This document shows, one piece after another, positions 24,141 to 37,157 of a stretch of DNA of 64,000 bases; within the stretch, counting starts at the first letter, position 1, and every line of letters starts with the position of its first letter. The position numbers were made by a program, and so were the translations under genes. The notes beneath the pieces are model-generated. The model searched no databases and was not told where the DNA came from. It was given only the letters and a program-made list of their open reading frames with translations. This stretch comes from Raillietiella orientalis. Taxonomy: Eukaryota. The stretch lies in NCBI GenBank assembly GCA_036172245.1, contig JAYWIR010000005.1:1302001-1366000 (forward strand), written 5' to 3'.

Positions 24141-26670
24141 TTAGGGGATGACGTCAGCGGTTTGCCGTGCGCCTGCGTGTGTTCCTTCTTCCCGCTCTTC
24201 TTCTTCCTCTTCTCCGCTCTTCCTCCCTTCCCCGCTCCCGCGCACAAAGAGAGGGAGCTCTGGTTTTGGCTAGCGGTTTGGATCTCGTTTCGGGAGCTGG
24301 CTCTGAGATCCCCAGCTAGATCGCGCATGGAGGCGACCCCTTCGACCCATCTCCCAAGTTCAGAAGGCGCTATCTGCAGGATGTGGGACCGCCTCGGAGG
24401 GCGAAAGGTGCAAAGAGACACACGAGCAAGCGAGCGATTTGTGGCGCTTCTCGGGGGAGGAGGAAAGGGGAGGGAGGGGGGTGCTCCGCCCTTGTGACCA
24501 ACGGTTCCCGCGCGTCTTGGCTTCCTATCAAAGCCGAAAGACCCTTTGGACGTTCTCCCGAGGGTGGGAATGCGCTTCAGGTGCGGAGGGGGAGGAAAAG
24601 CAGGATTAGGGAGATGGTCTTTCCGATGCTCCCCGGGTCCTTCGATAGGAAAATGATTGCCTTCTTTCTTTCCGTTTTTTGAGCAACACAGAGCGATAAA
24701 GGGGAAGCGATGGTTCCCTAGGCAACAAGGAAGGGAGGATGAAGAAGAATACGAAGAACTGAGCTCTTTCTTCTCTGTCGTTTCTTCCTGGGATGGCAGT
24801 CGACGTGTCTCCCCTTCGTGAAAGAATCCAGGAATGCGCGTGATCTTCGTCACCGTCAGCCAGAAGGCTCGGCAGCAGCAGCAGAGCAGGTCGGGTGCCG
24901 CCACCCGCGGCACACACAAATGTGCGTGGCCGACCACGAGAGGAGGCGGTCGTTCCCTGTCGGGGAAAAAGGAAACTCACGCGATGATCTTGAGCAGAAC
25001 ATAGCGCGCCTCAGGAGAACCCTCCGCTTTGCCACGGGGGCGTCTTTGGCTCAGCCGACTCGGAGCGAGAAATCCCCGGAACATCTCCTGCCTGCTTTTG
25101 TGAATTCGGCTCCCGCGACCGAGGCCTCATCTCGCGCTCCAGCATTTCCCCGTCTTCCCTTTCTTCTTCCTCCTTCCCCCTCCATTCCAGGTTCGTTCGG
25201 ATCCGTTTCTGACCGAGCCGTGCGGCAGGAGGTCCCCTTGTGAGCGTGAGGAACCGCTGCTTGCGCGGCTCGGCTTCGTCCTTCGAGGAAGCACGTGAAG
25301 TTTTTCATGCAGCGTTCCCTCTCTCCGTGTATCGAGTGACACGGCGGGCAGTTCGCGGGCGGACCTGCTGCGGCGGGGTGGCGACGCTCCGGAACGAGGG
25401 AGTTCCTTCGTGGGAAAGAACGACGGCGCTTCGCGCAGGGGGCGCTTCTCCTGGGACAGGGGGGAAGCGCATGTGGAAGCAGCACCGCCGCATCGAGGAA
25501 AAGCGCGCGAGCAACACGCGGGAAAACGTGCTCGCCGAGATCCTTCGCTTTTTGTGAATTCGGTCTCGGTTGCGGCGCCGCTCCATTGTTGAGCTCCGGT
25601 GCACTCAACAATGAGTCGAGTTGAGCCGGTGTCGTCCGCAGCGCCAACCCATTGTTGCGCCCTTACTCGCACTCGGTTGCGTCAGCACGCAACGTGGTTT
25701 CGTCGGAAGAATGTGGCTGGAAGCCTGCGGAAGGGCCGGGAAAAGTTCCAGACGAATGCGCCAGAGTGCCACAGTGTGAAAGAGCCGTACAGGCGTGCAA
25801 ACGAATGCCAAAGAGCACAATGCGCACGCAAAGGAATGCTGAGGTTGCAAATTCCCACCTCCATAACTAATTGTCGCTACGAAGCGACTTCTGTTTTATT
25901 CATCGATGCGTAGGTTGTATCGTAAACTTACTAGCGAGACTTTAAAGATTTCGCGAAGGCGATGTTTGGGATTGCACGTTGCTGATTAGTTGTTGACGAT
26001 TGCATGCGTACAGTTTTATTGTACGAAATGACAGCAACCTGTCGCGAATGTTAGTTTACGCCGAGGATGCGGACTGTTCTAAAAATACGACGAAATTTCG
26101 AAGAATGACACCCATGAATGACGGAAAGCAATCGAAACTGTGATTTCGATTAAAGATGTTTCCGCGGAAAAATGTGTGTGCATATGTTTTCAAAGAGGAA
26201 AATCAAGCGTGTTTATCCTAACAGCACAGAAGCAATACTACAATTTGTGCATGGTTTTCTAACAGTGTGGCTCAGTGTGCAGCAATGATGGCTTCACTTG
26301 TGCTGACGGTGTGCTGGCCGTTGCACAAAGCTCTCACTTTCAAGGGCTTCTTCCTGTGATTTTGGCCCATGGAGCATTGGTGCACTAGGTATCGTGGTAG
26401 ATTGAACGGTTTAGTGCTTCCGAGTGTCTTGCTTCTTCAAAGCCGGTGCTGAAGTTTTGCGAACGATCGTGGGCTGGAGAAAAAGTGAACCTCGAAGGGC
26501 TTCCCGTAGCTTCCCGGTCGGCGCCAGAAAGTATGGCAACGAGAAGCGCGAGACCTGATCCAAGAAGTTGCCAAGACCAAGTCTGAAGTGCCGACCAAAG
26601 CTTTTCTAAGACTGACAAAGAGGTTGCACGGCTTCCCTAGGAGGCGGCCGTACAAGCTTCCCGGCGCCCG

Positions 26671-26862
26671 TCCGCGTTGGCTCAGTGGTAACCAGCAGAC
26701 TGAATTTCCATTCTACAATCTTTGGGGGATTCGAATCTTCTGTGAGGAGAACACATGGCGTCGTGGCTTTGCAGCGCCTGACCGTTTCGAATTTTTAAAG
26801 TGATCCAGCCGAAAGGCAGACAAACAAACAAACCCAAAAAAGGAAACAAAAAAAAAAAAAAA
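26671..26862 (+). mobile_element. Short tRNA-derived SINE
   Basis: A box TGGCTCAGTGG (26678-26688), B box GGATTCGAATC (26727-26737), no good cloverleaf, 3' GCC-GAAA-GGC hairpin followed by (CAAA)n and poly-A tail. Confidence 0.6.
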
Positions 26863-29800
26863 GGAAGGAGAAAAAGAAGGGAGATTTGTTTGCCACGGAC
26901 TGAGCGCACGAGTCCGATGAGTGATGTTCGCGTCGCCACCACCGACTCTACGAGTAGGAGAGCGAGCGGGGGTGACCCACGGCTACAGCAAACGCGGAAG
27001 ATCACTCTTGGCACCTTGCTAGCTTCACTGGAAAGGCAGCTTTTCTACTCACTCGCCTTCCCTCCCGCGAAAGCGGATCCATAAATTCAGTCCCCGCGCT
27101 AGCGACTCTAAAACCACTCTTTGTTGGTGGTTTACGATCCAGACCTGCAAAAACTCGCCACTCCGGGAAAGGGGTCGCGAAGGCGGAGAGCACGCTGCGC
27201 CGACAAACAGAAGCATCTTGCAGGAGCACAAGCATCGGGAGGAGCCACTGTCGCCCGGGAGCCCGGCCGAAATGACAGCGCGCGGTGGGGTTTCGAGGTA
27301 TCTCCGCTGGGGGACACCGCGCCCGTCTTTGGCTGGCTCCTCGATTGGCTATGCCGCCGCCTCCCTCTTCGTGGCCATCGAGGCGCCCGACAGGAGTTTC
27401 CCACTTCAGCCCGGGCGTGCCGGGGATATAGGCGTGGGTCCCCGGGCCCCGCTCGGGCCGGGTCTTCTCGGCCCGCTGCGAACGGCGCTGCCGCAGGACG
27501 GCAGATGATGCCCAGCCGGCAGAACTCGTCAGACCCCGGAATCGCTGGCTCCGTCACTTCTATGCCCTTCTGAAGTGGGGACGCTCGTCAAGAGGCAGGA
27601 AGACTGTGGGATGTTTTCTCCGTCGCGCCTGCGCGTGGTTGTCGCGATCCCGGTGCGCTCCTATTTATAGCGGTGGGTGAGTTGTGGTGTGCCAGCGGAC
27701 CCAGGAGAAGGGAGGCGGGGGGGGGGGGAGGTGCGTGCAAGTCATCCAATCGGTGCAGGAATTTTATGGAGCCGGGAACTCTTATGCCGCCAAGGTTTAC
27801 TCCTCTCTTCCCACCGAACCAGCGTTTCCAAGGAAACCGGCAGTTCTCTCCGACGCTGCTGTGCAGTCGTCATCACCGGCTTTCGATGCCTGAGCGCTTA
27901 GGGCAGTCCTCCAGGGATTCGAGAGAGGGAGCGGGCAAGAGGAGGAGCTGGGGTTGCTGCTGTCCAAACCAGTCAAGACGCGTCAGCTCCTCGTCCCGTG
28001 CAATCCCCCCCCGCTTCCTGCTCGCTGCACCCTCTTGAGTTCGTTCGAGGCCTTCCCGGAGAGCATCACTGAGACACCCGCAGACGGCCGCCGAGAATCT
28101 GTTTCGGGATTTTGGGGAAAAGGGAAGAGGAGACTTCGCCCTTCCATCTCCCGCCTCTGAATCCTCCCCCGCATGCTGAGGTCTTCCGTGTGCCGGCAGC
28201 GACACGGCGCCATTGCTCCCTGGTCGCCAGACAAGCCGGTGGTGGCGGACAGGGGTGAAAGGGAGTCGATGGACCTGTGGCTCTGCCGCGACGGAGGTGC
28301 TCCGATGGAGCTATCAAGTCGGATCTTCCTTTTCCCTTTTTTGCTATTGCTTCTGGGTACGTTTCCGTGCGACCGAAGGGGCTTCTCGGTCGCGGGAGAG
28401 TCCAGTGCTGCCGCCTTCTTCCTGGAGCACTTCTACAGCCGGTCCTTCCCATCTTGCGCGCCCAGAGTGCTTAGGGAGAGCCCTCGGCGCTTTTGATTTG
28501 CTCCGACCCGCCCACTGCTGCTGCCGTTTTCTTCCTCCTCCTCCCTTCTTCCTTCCTCGCCCCTCGCTGCCTCGCTTCCTTCTCCTCCCTAACTCCTCCT
28601 CGCTTCTGCTTTTCTTCATTCGCGCCTGAAGGTCACGCCGCTCGAGCGCGACCGCTGCCGCGCTGTTTCTCCAGGGACGCAGCGGCAGCGGTGGGGAGGG
28701 GAGCCTCTGTTTTGAGCGGGCAGTACGGAAGGCAGCGGGGATTTTTTGTCCCTGGACTGCTTCCTGGATGGCTCCGTTGGCTCCGCGCAAGTTGGCACTC
28801 CGCCTCTGCCTTTCTGAGAACGTCTCCGGGCAGCTTCCGGACCCAAAAGTTCCCTGCCCCCTCTGACTATCACGAGTAAGGCAGCGGGACGGTCTTTCTT
28901 GGCCGTCCGGTGGCTTCCGCGACCTTCGGCTAACGCTGTCAGCCAGCAGAGACTCAGCCCCAGAGGCGTCCGGATGACCAGCCATCTAGCCAGGCGTTTC
29001 CAGCGGTTTTCCTCCTTCTGTCTCGTCTCTGGGCACGTTTTCACGCTACGGCTTCCGTCCGTGGACTCGAGGCGGGCAAGGTGCCCGGCACTATTGACTC
29101 AGACCCGATCGAGAAAGATTGTGGTGAGGGATTCCTATTTTTCCTCTGTCAGGCGCAGAAGGGCCAGAGTCAGCAGCGCCGCTGGTCAAGCAACGAGGGG
29201 GGAGGATTAAGGCGCCCAAATGAGAAAAAGTAGTGGCGCCGGGAACCAGTAAGCGCTTCCGTGTCGTCCATGAAGGCCTCATTTGTCTTCGGGAATTCTC
29301 GGTCCTGGGACCCACGGCAGAGCTGACGGCGGGTCCTTTGCTCCGTACCACAGTGGAGCCACAAGGAGCCGCCATCTCGGCAGCAGCCGGAAGCGAAAAT
29401 GCCCCGGGGGGAAGATTCTCGCTCCTCCTTTCACCCGATCTGTTTCTTCGCGTTGCCGGATGATGCCGGAAGATCGAAGGTCGCACCGGCGGGACGACCA
29501 CCTTTTCAAACAGAGCAAGCCTTTGGTGGAACTTTGAGCCTTTGAGCTCTTTGGTGGAACGCAGACTCCGAAGGCACCGTTGTGAGTCCGAGAGGTCCGT
29601 TTCCGTGTGTGTGGGAGGGGAAGCCGGAACTTTCCAGAATTTTTCTTTCCTTCTACGAAGAAATGCACCACCAGAGGTTGTGGATCGCTCTCTCGGGGAA
29701 ACCTAGGAACTCGGGAGCGAGATGAGACGGTGACTCCTGGGGGCATTTTCGGATTGTACGGTGGTGTGCCGGTCGATTGGCAGGAAGCGCCAGGGGGAAG

Positions 29801-32800
29801 AGGAAGGGAAAACGATTGTCGCATCCTCCATACGCGAAGGACCCAGTCGCAAGGTCACGCGCAAGCTGCTCGTGAGCCAGGGCTTGGAGGCCGCGTAGGG
29901 AGATCGCTACCTGTTCGTCCTATCCCTCCTCTTCCCCTGCACGCACGTCGGACTTGGAAAAGAGGTTCGAGAACGCGCCTTCCTTCTCCGCTTCCAGGAG
30001 CTGTTCTTTTTCTGTCGCGCACCCACGATGAGGGCTGCCGACGCACGCCAAGGCGGGAGCAGAGCTGTTTCCCGCGCCTCCTCCTCGAAGTTCCGCTCCT
30101 TGGTAAGAGATGGCGTCCGCTGCGAGAATTTCTCGCGCGAGCGGAAGGAGGAATTCTTGCAGATGGACGTCACTTGTCCTACTGGGACTCACAGGCGGTG
30201 GAGACTGGCGGGAGAGCAACCCAGTCCTCCCCATTGATTATCAGGAGGCTGGATGTTCCGGAGGAAACTCCTGCGGAAATCCGGAAAGTTTTTTCCGAGC
30301 CGAAGGCGCGGAAGCCGCGGGCCGAACCCCTCTCGGCGGGTCGTGCTGCATGGGTGTGGAGCTAAGTGGAGCGGGAATGCCGCCGCTCCTTGCGTCCAGG
30401 AGCGCGGGAACTCTTCCAGGAGACAGAGAGGATCGGTCGGGAGAGGTTTTTTTTTTTTTTTTGCTCCGGAGAGGGAAAAGGATCGCGTGTTTTCTCTGTC
30501 CCTGGTGGATCAGCGGTGTCTTTGACGCACAGATGGAGCAGTCGGCAGAGTCGAGCGCCTCGCGTACCACGACAGCTGCTGGCGAAGGAATACACGGCGA
30601 TGGGATCTCTCTGCAGCCTGCGCCCGAAGGAGTAGGGCCACAGGAAAACGCCGAGAGGAGAAGGGGAGGGGGTCTTCATCATCTTCGATTCCGTCCCCAA
30701 CCCGCCTCCCTATTTCCGCGTTCTGGAAGCTGCTCACGAAGGATTCCTTGCGCACTTTGGAGGCTCCCCTACCTCCGCGCGCTCCGAGCACGGCAAACAG
30801 CCGCGGCCTCCAGATGACCGAAGAAGGGGAAGGAGGCAAAATGGGAGGAGGGAGAAGGAATAAATTAGGGATGGGTGCATCTACCTATCCTGACAGATTC
30901 CCAGTGTTCGAGACTTCGTTCATTCACAGCACGCCGAAGCCAAGCTGCGGAATCGCAGGAGCCATGGCTCCGTTGCAAGCACTCTTTTGGTTGCGGCCCG
31001 TGCATCGTCTCCTATGAGGCATATGCGGCCCCCAGCGCGGGACGCTCTGCGCCTCAAGGAGAGGGTCCGGGCCCTTCCATCTCGCGGAGGGAGGTGGAAC
31101 AAGGCGACCCGCGTTTCCTCATGCCGCCGCTGCCAGCAATGGCGAGTATCGCCCATGGCGCGACGCCATTTGGCGCGCCTCGTTTCGGTCGCGCTGCTCT
31201 TTCGATCGATTAATTGCCGCTTTCTTGTGAATCCCTTCTTTCACCCATTCTATTCAGCAAGCAAACGGTCTCAATCCATTCAGGAGGATCGATAGCCATT
31301 TACATGTAAACAGTCTGTTTTTGTTTTCTCTCCGTATCTTTTTCTTCTTTTTTTTAAAGAAACCAAAGTAAACATCTTGCGGGGGCTCAAAAACACGCGC
31401 AAAAAAAGGATGCCCCGGGCCAGAAGACAGGAGGCACTCGAGAGGTACAATAAATTAATAAAAAACCCACGCGAATCGCAGACAAAGAGTGGCGGAAGCA
31501 CACCCACTCACTCTTCCTCTGGAGCCTCTCTTTTCGGCGAGGTCGTGCAACGCCCGGTGTCACAAAGTTGAAATCAAGAAAAGATGCTGTTTTTGGATGA
31601 AAACGAAAAGAAGGGGAAGAAGAAGAGGGGTGGGGCGGAAGGTTGGAAAAAGGGGAAGGCAACTTGTGCGTCGGTGTCAACAGTCTGTATCCAGGAAGGA
31701 ACATGTGGGAGACACTTGTTCCGCCAGGAGCAAAGCTCTGCGATAAAAGGAGACACTCGAGCAGGAACGAGCATTTTTACAGCCACGGGCCGGATGCGGT
31801 CCCCACGAGCAGGCCAAGTCGACCGGCCCGGAGCGCCCTGCAGCCCTACGAGGCCGTCTCGACTCGTAGGCGCGCGCGCGCAACGCAAGACCGAGCCGGA
31901 GCGCGAGGTTCCGGGAATGAAGAGGGAGGGAGGGGGGGAGGGGAAATGGTCTCCCGCCATCAGTCGCTCACCGTTCGACGGGACGGACACAACGACGACT
32001 GTGCAAACACGCGGCGCGCGGAGGAAGACATTCGAACCTCCGGTGCACGCCTGCGCAAACAGCCCGTCCGCCGCGGCGACGACGGTGGCGGCGGGCAGCT
32101 CGCGCGCGCGGCCGCCGCTGTTCGCCACCGCCGCCCCCATTGTGCGTTCGTCTCGCGTCGGCGGGGCGGGCCCGATGACTCAGAATGGGGGGGGGGGGGA
32201 GTAGGGACCGACTCCTCCTTTCGCCTCGCTGCTCCGGCCTGGAAGCGGGCGCGCGAGGCCTGCTTGCAGCAGCTCCAGGGAGCGTTGGTGGTCCTTTCGC
32301 CGCTCTGCGTTCATCTTTGCCCAAGATCTCTCATCCCGGCATCCGAGGGGGGGGGGGGAAGCGGGTCTCGGCGCTCCGATTAGCGATGCCGATCCACGCG
32401 CACTGGAGGGATGTAACGTATACTTGTACATCGATTCGTCATCCAGCGCAGCGGATCTGGCGCCGAGCCAGCCATCTCGAGGAGCGAACCTTCTTTTTTT
32501 TTCCCTCTTTCGGAGGAGGAACTTCAGGGACTCCGCCTTGCGGTTTTCTTTCTCGACGAGATGCGGATTTTTCCTTTGTTTTTTCCTTTTCTTCTTTACG
32601 TTCTTTCGTCCGCCCGCCCGCGGGTTGCCCGAAGGACGAAGGCGAAACGCCTCTCGTGGGTTTCCGTTTTCTCGACGCCGCCTAATCACCGCCAGCAGAT
32701 GAAAATCGAAAGTTGGGCTGCGCGCGCGGAGCACCGGCCGTTCCGCCCGGGCCGAGCCGTGAAGAATCCGAGAGGCCCGAGGGAGAGATCTCCAGGCTCG

Positions 32801-33555
32801 GAAAGGCTTCCAGGGATGCGGCTGCTGCGTCCAAGGTCGCCCGACGCTCGGCCCCGCGGGCGAAGCTTTCCCCTCCACGTGGACGACACGGCGTTCGCGT
32901 CGAGTCGGGTGGTGGCGCGCTGCCGTCTCTCCCCCCCTCTCGAGCGCTCGCGGCGGCGCGCGCGGCATATCTCGCGAAAGTCAGGCGTCGCGAGAGCGGG
33001 CGCTTCCTTGGTGGCACCGCCCTCTCGCATCCTCCGGGTCGGGAACCCGGTGGAGCCGCCCGAGCAAAACCCTCGACGCGGATTTCTCTCCTCTCCCCTC
33101 CTTCTCCGGGACGCACCCAGGTTGCCGGCGTCTTGACGACCTCCCCGGTCACCGCCGCTGGTCCGCGCTTATCCGTGGGGATGACGCCATCGAAACGGGA
33201 GACGAAGTCCCTCTGGCGGAGGAAGACTGCGAGATGAGGATGGGGCAGAGAGCTGCGGCTGCCATGGAAACTACATCTCGCTCTCTCAACCGCTTCCGGA
33301 AGGCATGGGCTCCTTCCTCGTCTCTTCATGCCTTAGGATCCCCATCTCCCCGGGACCTCTCCTCCTCCTTTTAGGGAATGCGCCCGCTTGAGAAAAGGGA
33401 GCAGGGCTCGTCGGTCTCTGCTGCCGTGAAAACCGACGCCGCCGAAAAAGTCGATGAGGCGTCCACCAGCGTGGCACCTGTTCCCTCTCCCCCCTCCAAG
33501 GTGTTCCTGCAAGGGGGGGGGGGGGGGGGGGTTCGGGCCGCCTCCTACCCCTTCT

Positions 33556-33881
33556 CCTCCGCCGGAATGCATCTCGGTAACCGTCGCGTCTCCGAGGAGG
33601 TGGCGCGTGTGCTCTCCGTCGGGGTGGTTCCCAAGGAAGATGCCCTGCTGTCCGGTGCTGCTTCACGGCAAGAAGAGGAAAAAAGGTGGAAGGAAGTGCC
33701 CACTTGCTCACGGAGGTTCTCCCGCGCTCTGACTGGCTCTCTGGCCGACTGTCTGCGCGCGTCGCACCGAAACGGACCCCAACGCGCCGCGGAGGCGTGC
33801 GCCGACGGCGTGGACCGGGACTCCGCCGATTTCCGCCGCCGTCGGATGCGAGCGACCGGCAGCGGCGCGCACAGCATCCGC
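33556..33881 (+). repeat. Dispersed GC-rich repeat copy
   Basis: 5' part matches 24078-24140; 33672-33881 matches 36244-36425 in inverted orientation. Confidence 0.75.
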
Positions 33882-36243
33882 ATCAACCGACTCAGGTGGC
33901 GGATTCCTCTTCTGCCTCCTAGTTGCCTCCGCTCCCAGGCGCGGAAGAACCAGGATTTCCCTTAGGACCAGGACCGAGGTCATTGCCGAAGGATGCGACG
34001 CGCCCCTCCCGGAGAGGAGTGCGGGAGGTCTCTCCCCTCATTCGTCCACTGTCGGGTCGAACGCATCCTCGTCCTCGCCAGTCCCTCCGGTGCCCTGTTC
34101 CACTTTGTGCGGTCCCAAGGAGTCCCCCGGGCAACCGGCTAGGAGGCTTCGTGTGGCGGGGCAGCCGTCCTCGGATTCGCGCCTCCAGATGCTTCCTTCG
34201 GGGACTGAAATCCTCCCTCCGCTCCCCCCCACCCCAGAAGGGGGAAGTCCCATCGTGGAGACTCCGCCTGCCACAATGGAGCTGCAGTCCTCTTCTTCTC
34301 CGATCGCCTCCGCAGCAGCTCCGATGCTGAGCTTCCGAAGTCCGGAGGTTGCGGTGGTTCGGTCCGGGAGTTGAACCTCCGCCTTCTCTGCCTTCCTTCC
34401 GGAGCGATGTGTGACGTTGATGAGGGGACCCTCTATGCAGGGACCCCTCCGCTTTCCTCGTCTCGTCTCGCAGGAGCCTGGTGGGTGCTCCCCGCAAGGG
34501 TCGGCGTTTCTTCCGCCCGGAAGACGACTTACTGCCCGTTTCGTACCGCGCGCGGCCCTTCGGCAGCCGGGCACCCCTCGGGATCCCGACAGACCCTCAG
34601 AGATGACGTCCTCCAGATGTGCGAGGGTTCGCTCCGTGCAACCAGAGGACAAGCGATCGCGAAGAGCCGGAGGCGATCCTTCGCAGGGCATCAGGCACGA
34701 ACTCTCTCTCTTTAACTGTACCTTATAGGGGTCTGCTGTAAGGATTTACTCCCTGAAAGACTGCTTACGTATACATAAATGTCCCAGAGCAACCGGGAGA
34801 CGTGCTACCTCTGCGCCTTCCGTCCAGGATTTCCAGAGGTCTTCTCCCTCCTCCTCCTCTTTCCTCCTTTCCCTTTCTTCCTCCTCCTCCTCCCTCCGTC
34901 TTCTTCCTTTCCTCCTTCCCTCCTTCTTTCCTTCCTCCTGCCTCCTCTTCTCTTCTCGAGGAAATCATCCAGGCTTGCGACGGTTCGCCTGCTGGCCGTC
35001 GCTTTCTGCCCGTTGGGACCACCAAGCTCCCAGGATCCGCAGCTTCCTCTCACGCCACTTCACCTGGAAGAGGGCGGATCTTGGATCCAGTTCTTCCGGA
35101 GGGTACATGGGGGATTTTTCTCCTCATCCTTGGCCGGTGGGCAGGCCGAGGCAGCCCGGTTCCCATCTTTGATCGGCTTCCTTCCGCTTCCTTCGCGCGC
35201 GGGCGGCCGCTTCTGCCCCAACTTCCGCCGGCGGCTCGCGATCTGCCAGCCGTTCCCGGAGGAACAGATAAAGCGCCGACACGGGAACCTTCCTCTTCCC
35301 CCTTGAGGAAGGAGCCTCCGGGAAGCATCCGGGAAGGCGCCGATGCAAGCCTCCTCCTCCTCCGTTCAGCGTGCCCCATCGCCGCGGGCGAGGCGGTGGC
35401 GCGACCCCGAGCAAGTTTGCCCGTCCGCGGTCCCTTTGCAAGCAGCCGCAACTCTGCGCTCCGTTGCTGCACGCCGCTAACCCCCGTCGACCTACGGGAA
35501 GTGACCGGGGGAGCCACCGCATCCCAGGGGTCGTCTCCCAGGGCGCTTCCGCAGAGGATTCGCTCTCCTCTCCGCTTCCTTCCCTCGCCTCCTGGAAAGC
35601 CCGTGCGTCACCCACCTCTCCCTGGCTTCCTTACCCAGGAGGCACGGTGCTCTCCCGCACGGGAGGAGGTCACCCGTCGGCTGTGGAGGAGGAGGCGCTG
35701 ATCCTCGCAGGAAGCCCGCGAGGAACCTGAGCACCCCGAGCCAAGGAGGGTCTTCCTTGCGTCTCCCCCGTCACAGTGGGACGCGGGGCCCCACAGGCTG
35801 GATACCAGTCGGAGCCGGCGGTCCAGGGGGGGGGGGAGGCTCGGACCGACTTTCCGGGAGCCTCCTCAGCAGATTTCATGCCCAGAGATGAAGGTCTAGA
35901 GGATGACCTCGTCCTCCTAGCTCGCGTTGCCGCAAGACGCTTGGCACCCCTGCTTCCTTTTGAATCTCCTGTCGAGGAAGGGAGAGAAGCGAGGAAGGAA
36001 AATGGGGGAAGTGGGAATCATTCCCGACCTGGGGTGGACGCTTCGAGCGGGGGACTCGCGAAGCTCTTAGGCGGGAACGACGAGCTGCAGTCCGGATGCT
36101 CCGTGGCAATCCCGGCAGCATATTCCTGCTCACACCTCTTGCGTCGCGTTCGTTGAGGAGCCGTCGTCACGGAGACTCACCGACGTTCAGCGACAAGAAA
36201 CGCCTGCGGGGTTCCCGGCGAGCCAGCTGCCCGGAGAGATGCA

Positions 36244-36425
36244 GCGGATGCTGCGCGCGCCGCTGCCGGTCGCTCGCATCCGACAGCGACGGAAACCGGG
36301 CGGAGCCCCGGCCCACGCCGTCGGCACGCGCCTCCACGGAGCGTTGGCGGGAGCTTCGGTGTAGCAAGCGGGAAAACCTTCACGCGCAAGAAGCGGGCTC
36401 TTTCTTCCGCCTTTTTCCTCTTCCC
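36244..36425 (-). repeat. Inverted copy of the 33672-33881 repeat
   Basis: Reverse complement contains GAAGAGGAAAAAGGCGGAAG...CCAACGC...CCGACGGCGTGG...GTCGGATGCGAGCGACCGGCAGCGGCGCGC.CAGCATCCGC. Confidence 0.75.
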
Positions 36426-36618
36426 ATAGCTGCCGCCTGAGCGTCATCCGTTGCTGGACCCTACTTGTCCTCTTGGGTACCTTGACCTCTGTCCACTTGG
36501 GTACCCTCAGTCATTACCGTGCAAGTCTAGGAAGGCCTTCTACCGAACCATAGGACGACCTCTACCAGAGCGGAAAGAAAAGGAATTGGTAGGGTCCCCA
36601 GCAGCAGACTCTGCAGAT

Positions 36619-37157
36619 CCTTTTTCCACGGGCCCTCCCTAGGCCTCTCAGAGAGGAAGCAGGAGGATCCTGGAGTCGCACGCGTGACCTCTCTTCCCCT
36701 ACCGAAGGGGAAGAAGACACGCGGCACGGCGGACAGCGTCGCTCCACCTCCCCGGAGCTGTCGAGACCTCGCTTGGGGCACGTGGCTGGCTGCCGCAGTG
36801 CCCGCGTGGGCAGCCATGATACGCGAACTGCTGGGCCGGCCGCTTCTTCGAGGCGTTGCTCTCTCTTTGCCCGCCTCGCGGTCGCGAAGACTGGCGGGCG
36901 GGCGGCTGAGCGTGGCCCCGGCAACCGCACTGGGAAGATTCTCTTCCCGTGGAACGTGGGATGCAGAATGTGCTTATCGGTCGTGAGGGTGTCGCGTTGC
37001 GGTTTTCTCGCCACCTTGGCGCTGGCCCGCTATTCTTCCCCATCCGCGTCCCCACCTTCGTGCTTGGAAATTGCAACACACCTACGAGGAACTGCTCCAC
37101 GAAGTTCTTCTCCTCCCGTTCCTCTCGTATCACTGGCACCCCAGCTTCCTTCTGCAT
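36619..37157. repeat. ~0.5-kb near-identical direct repeat, copy 1 (copy 2 at 51111-51649)
   Basis: 36619-37114 appears identical to 51111-51606 (identical ORF translations in several frames), then ~40 bp of diverged similarity. Confidence 0.95.

Noticed and set aside
26671..26748. Functional tRNA gene
   Set aside because: A and B boxes present, but acceptor and anticodon stems do not form properly and a SINE-like tail follows.
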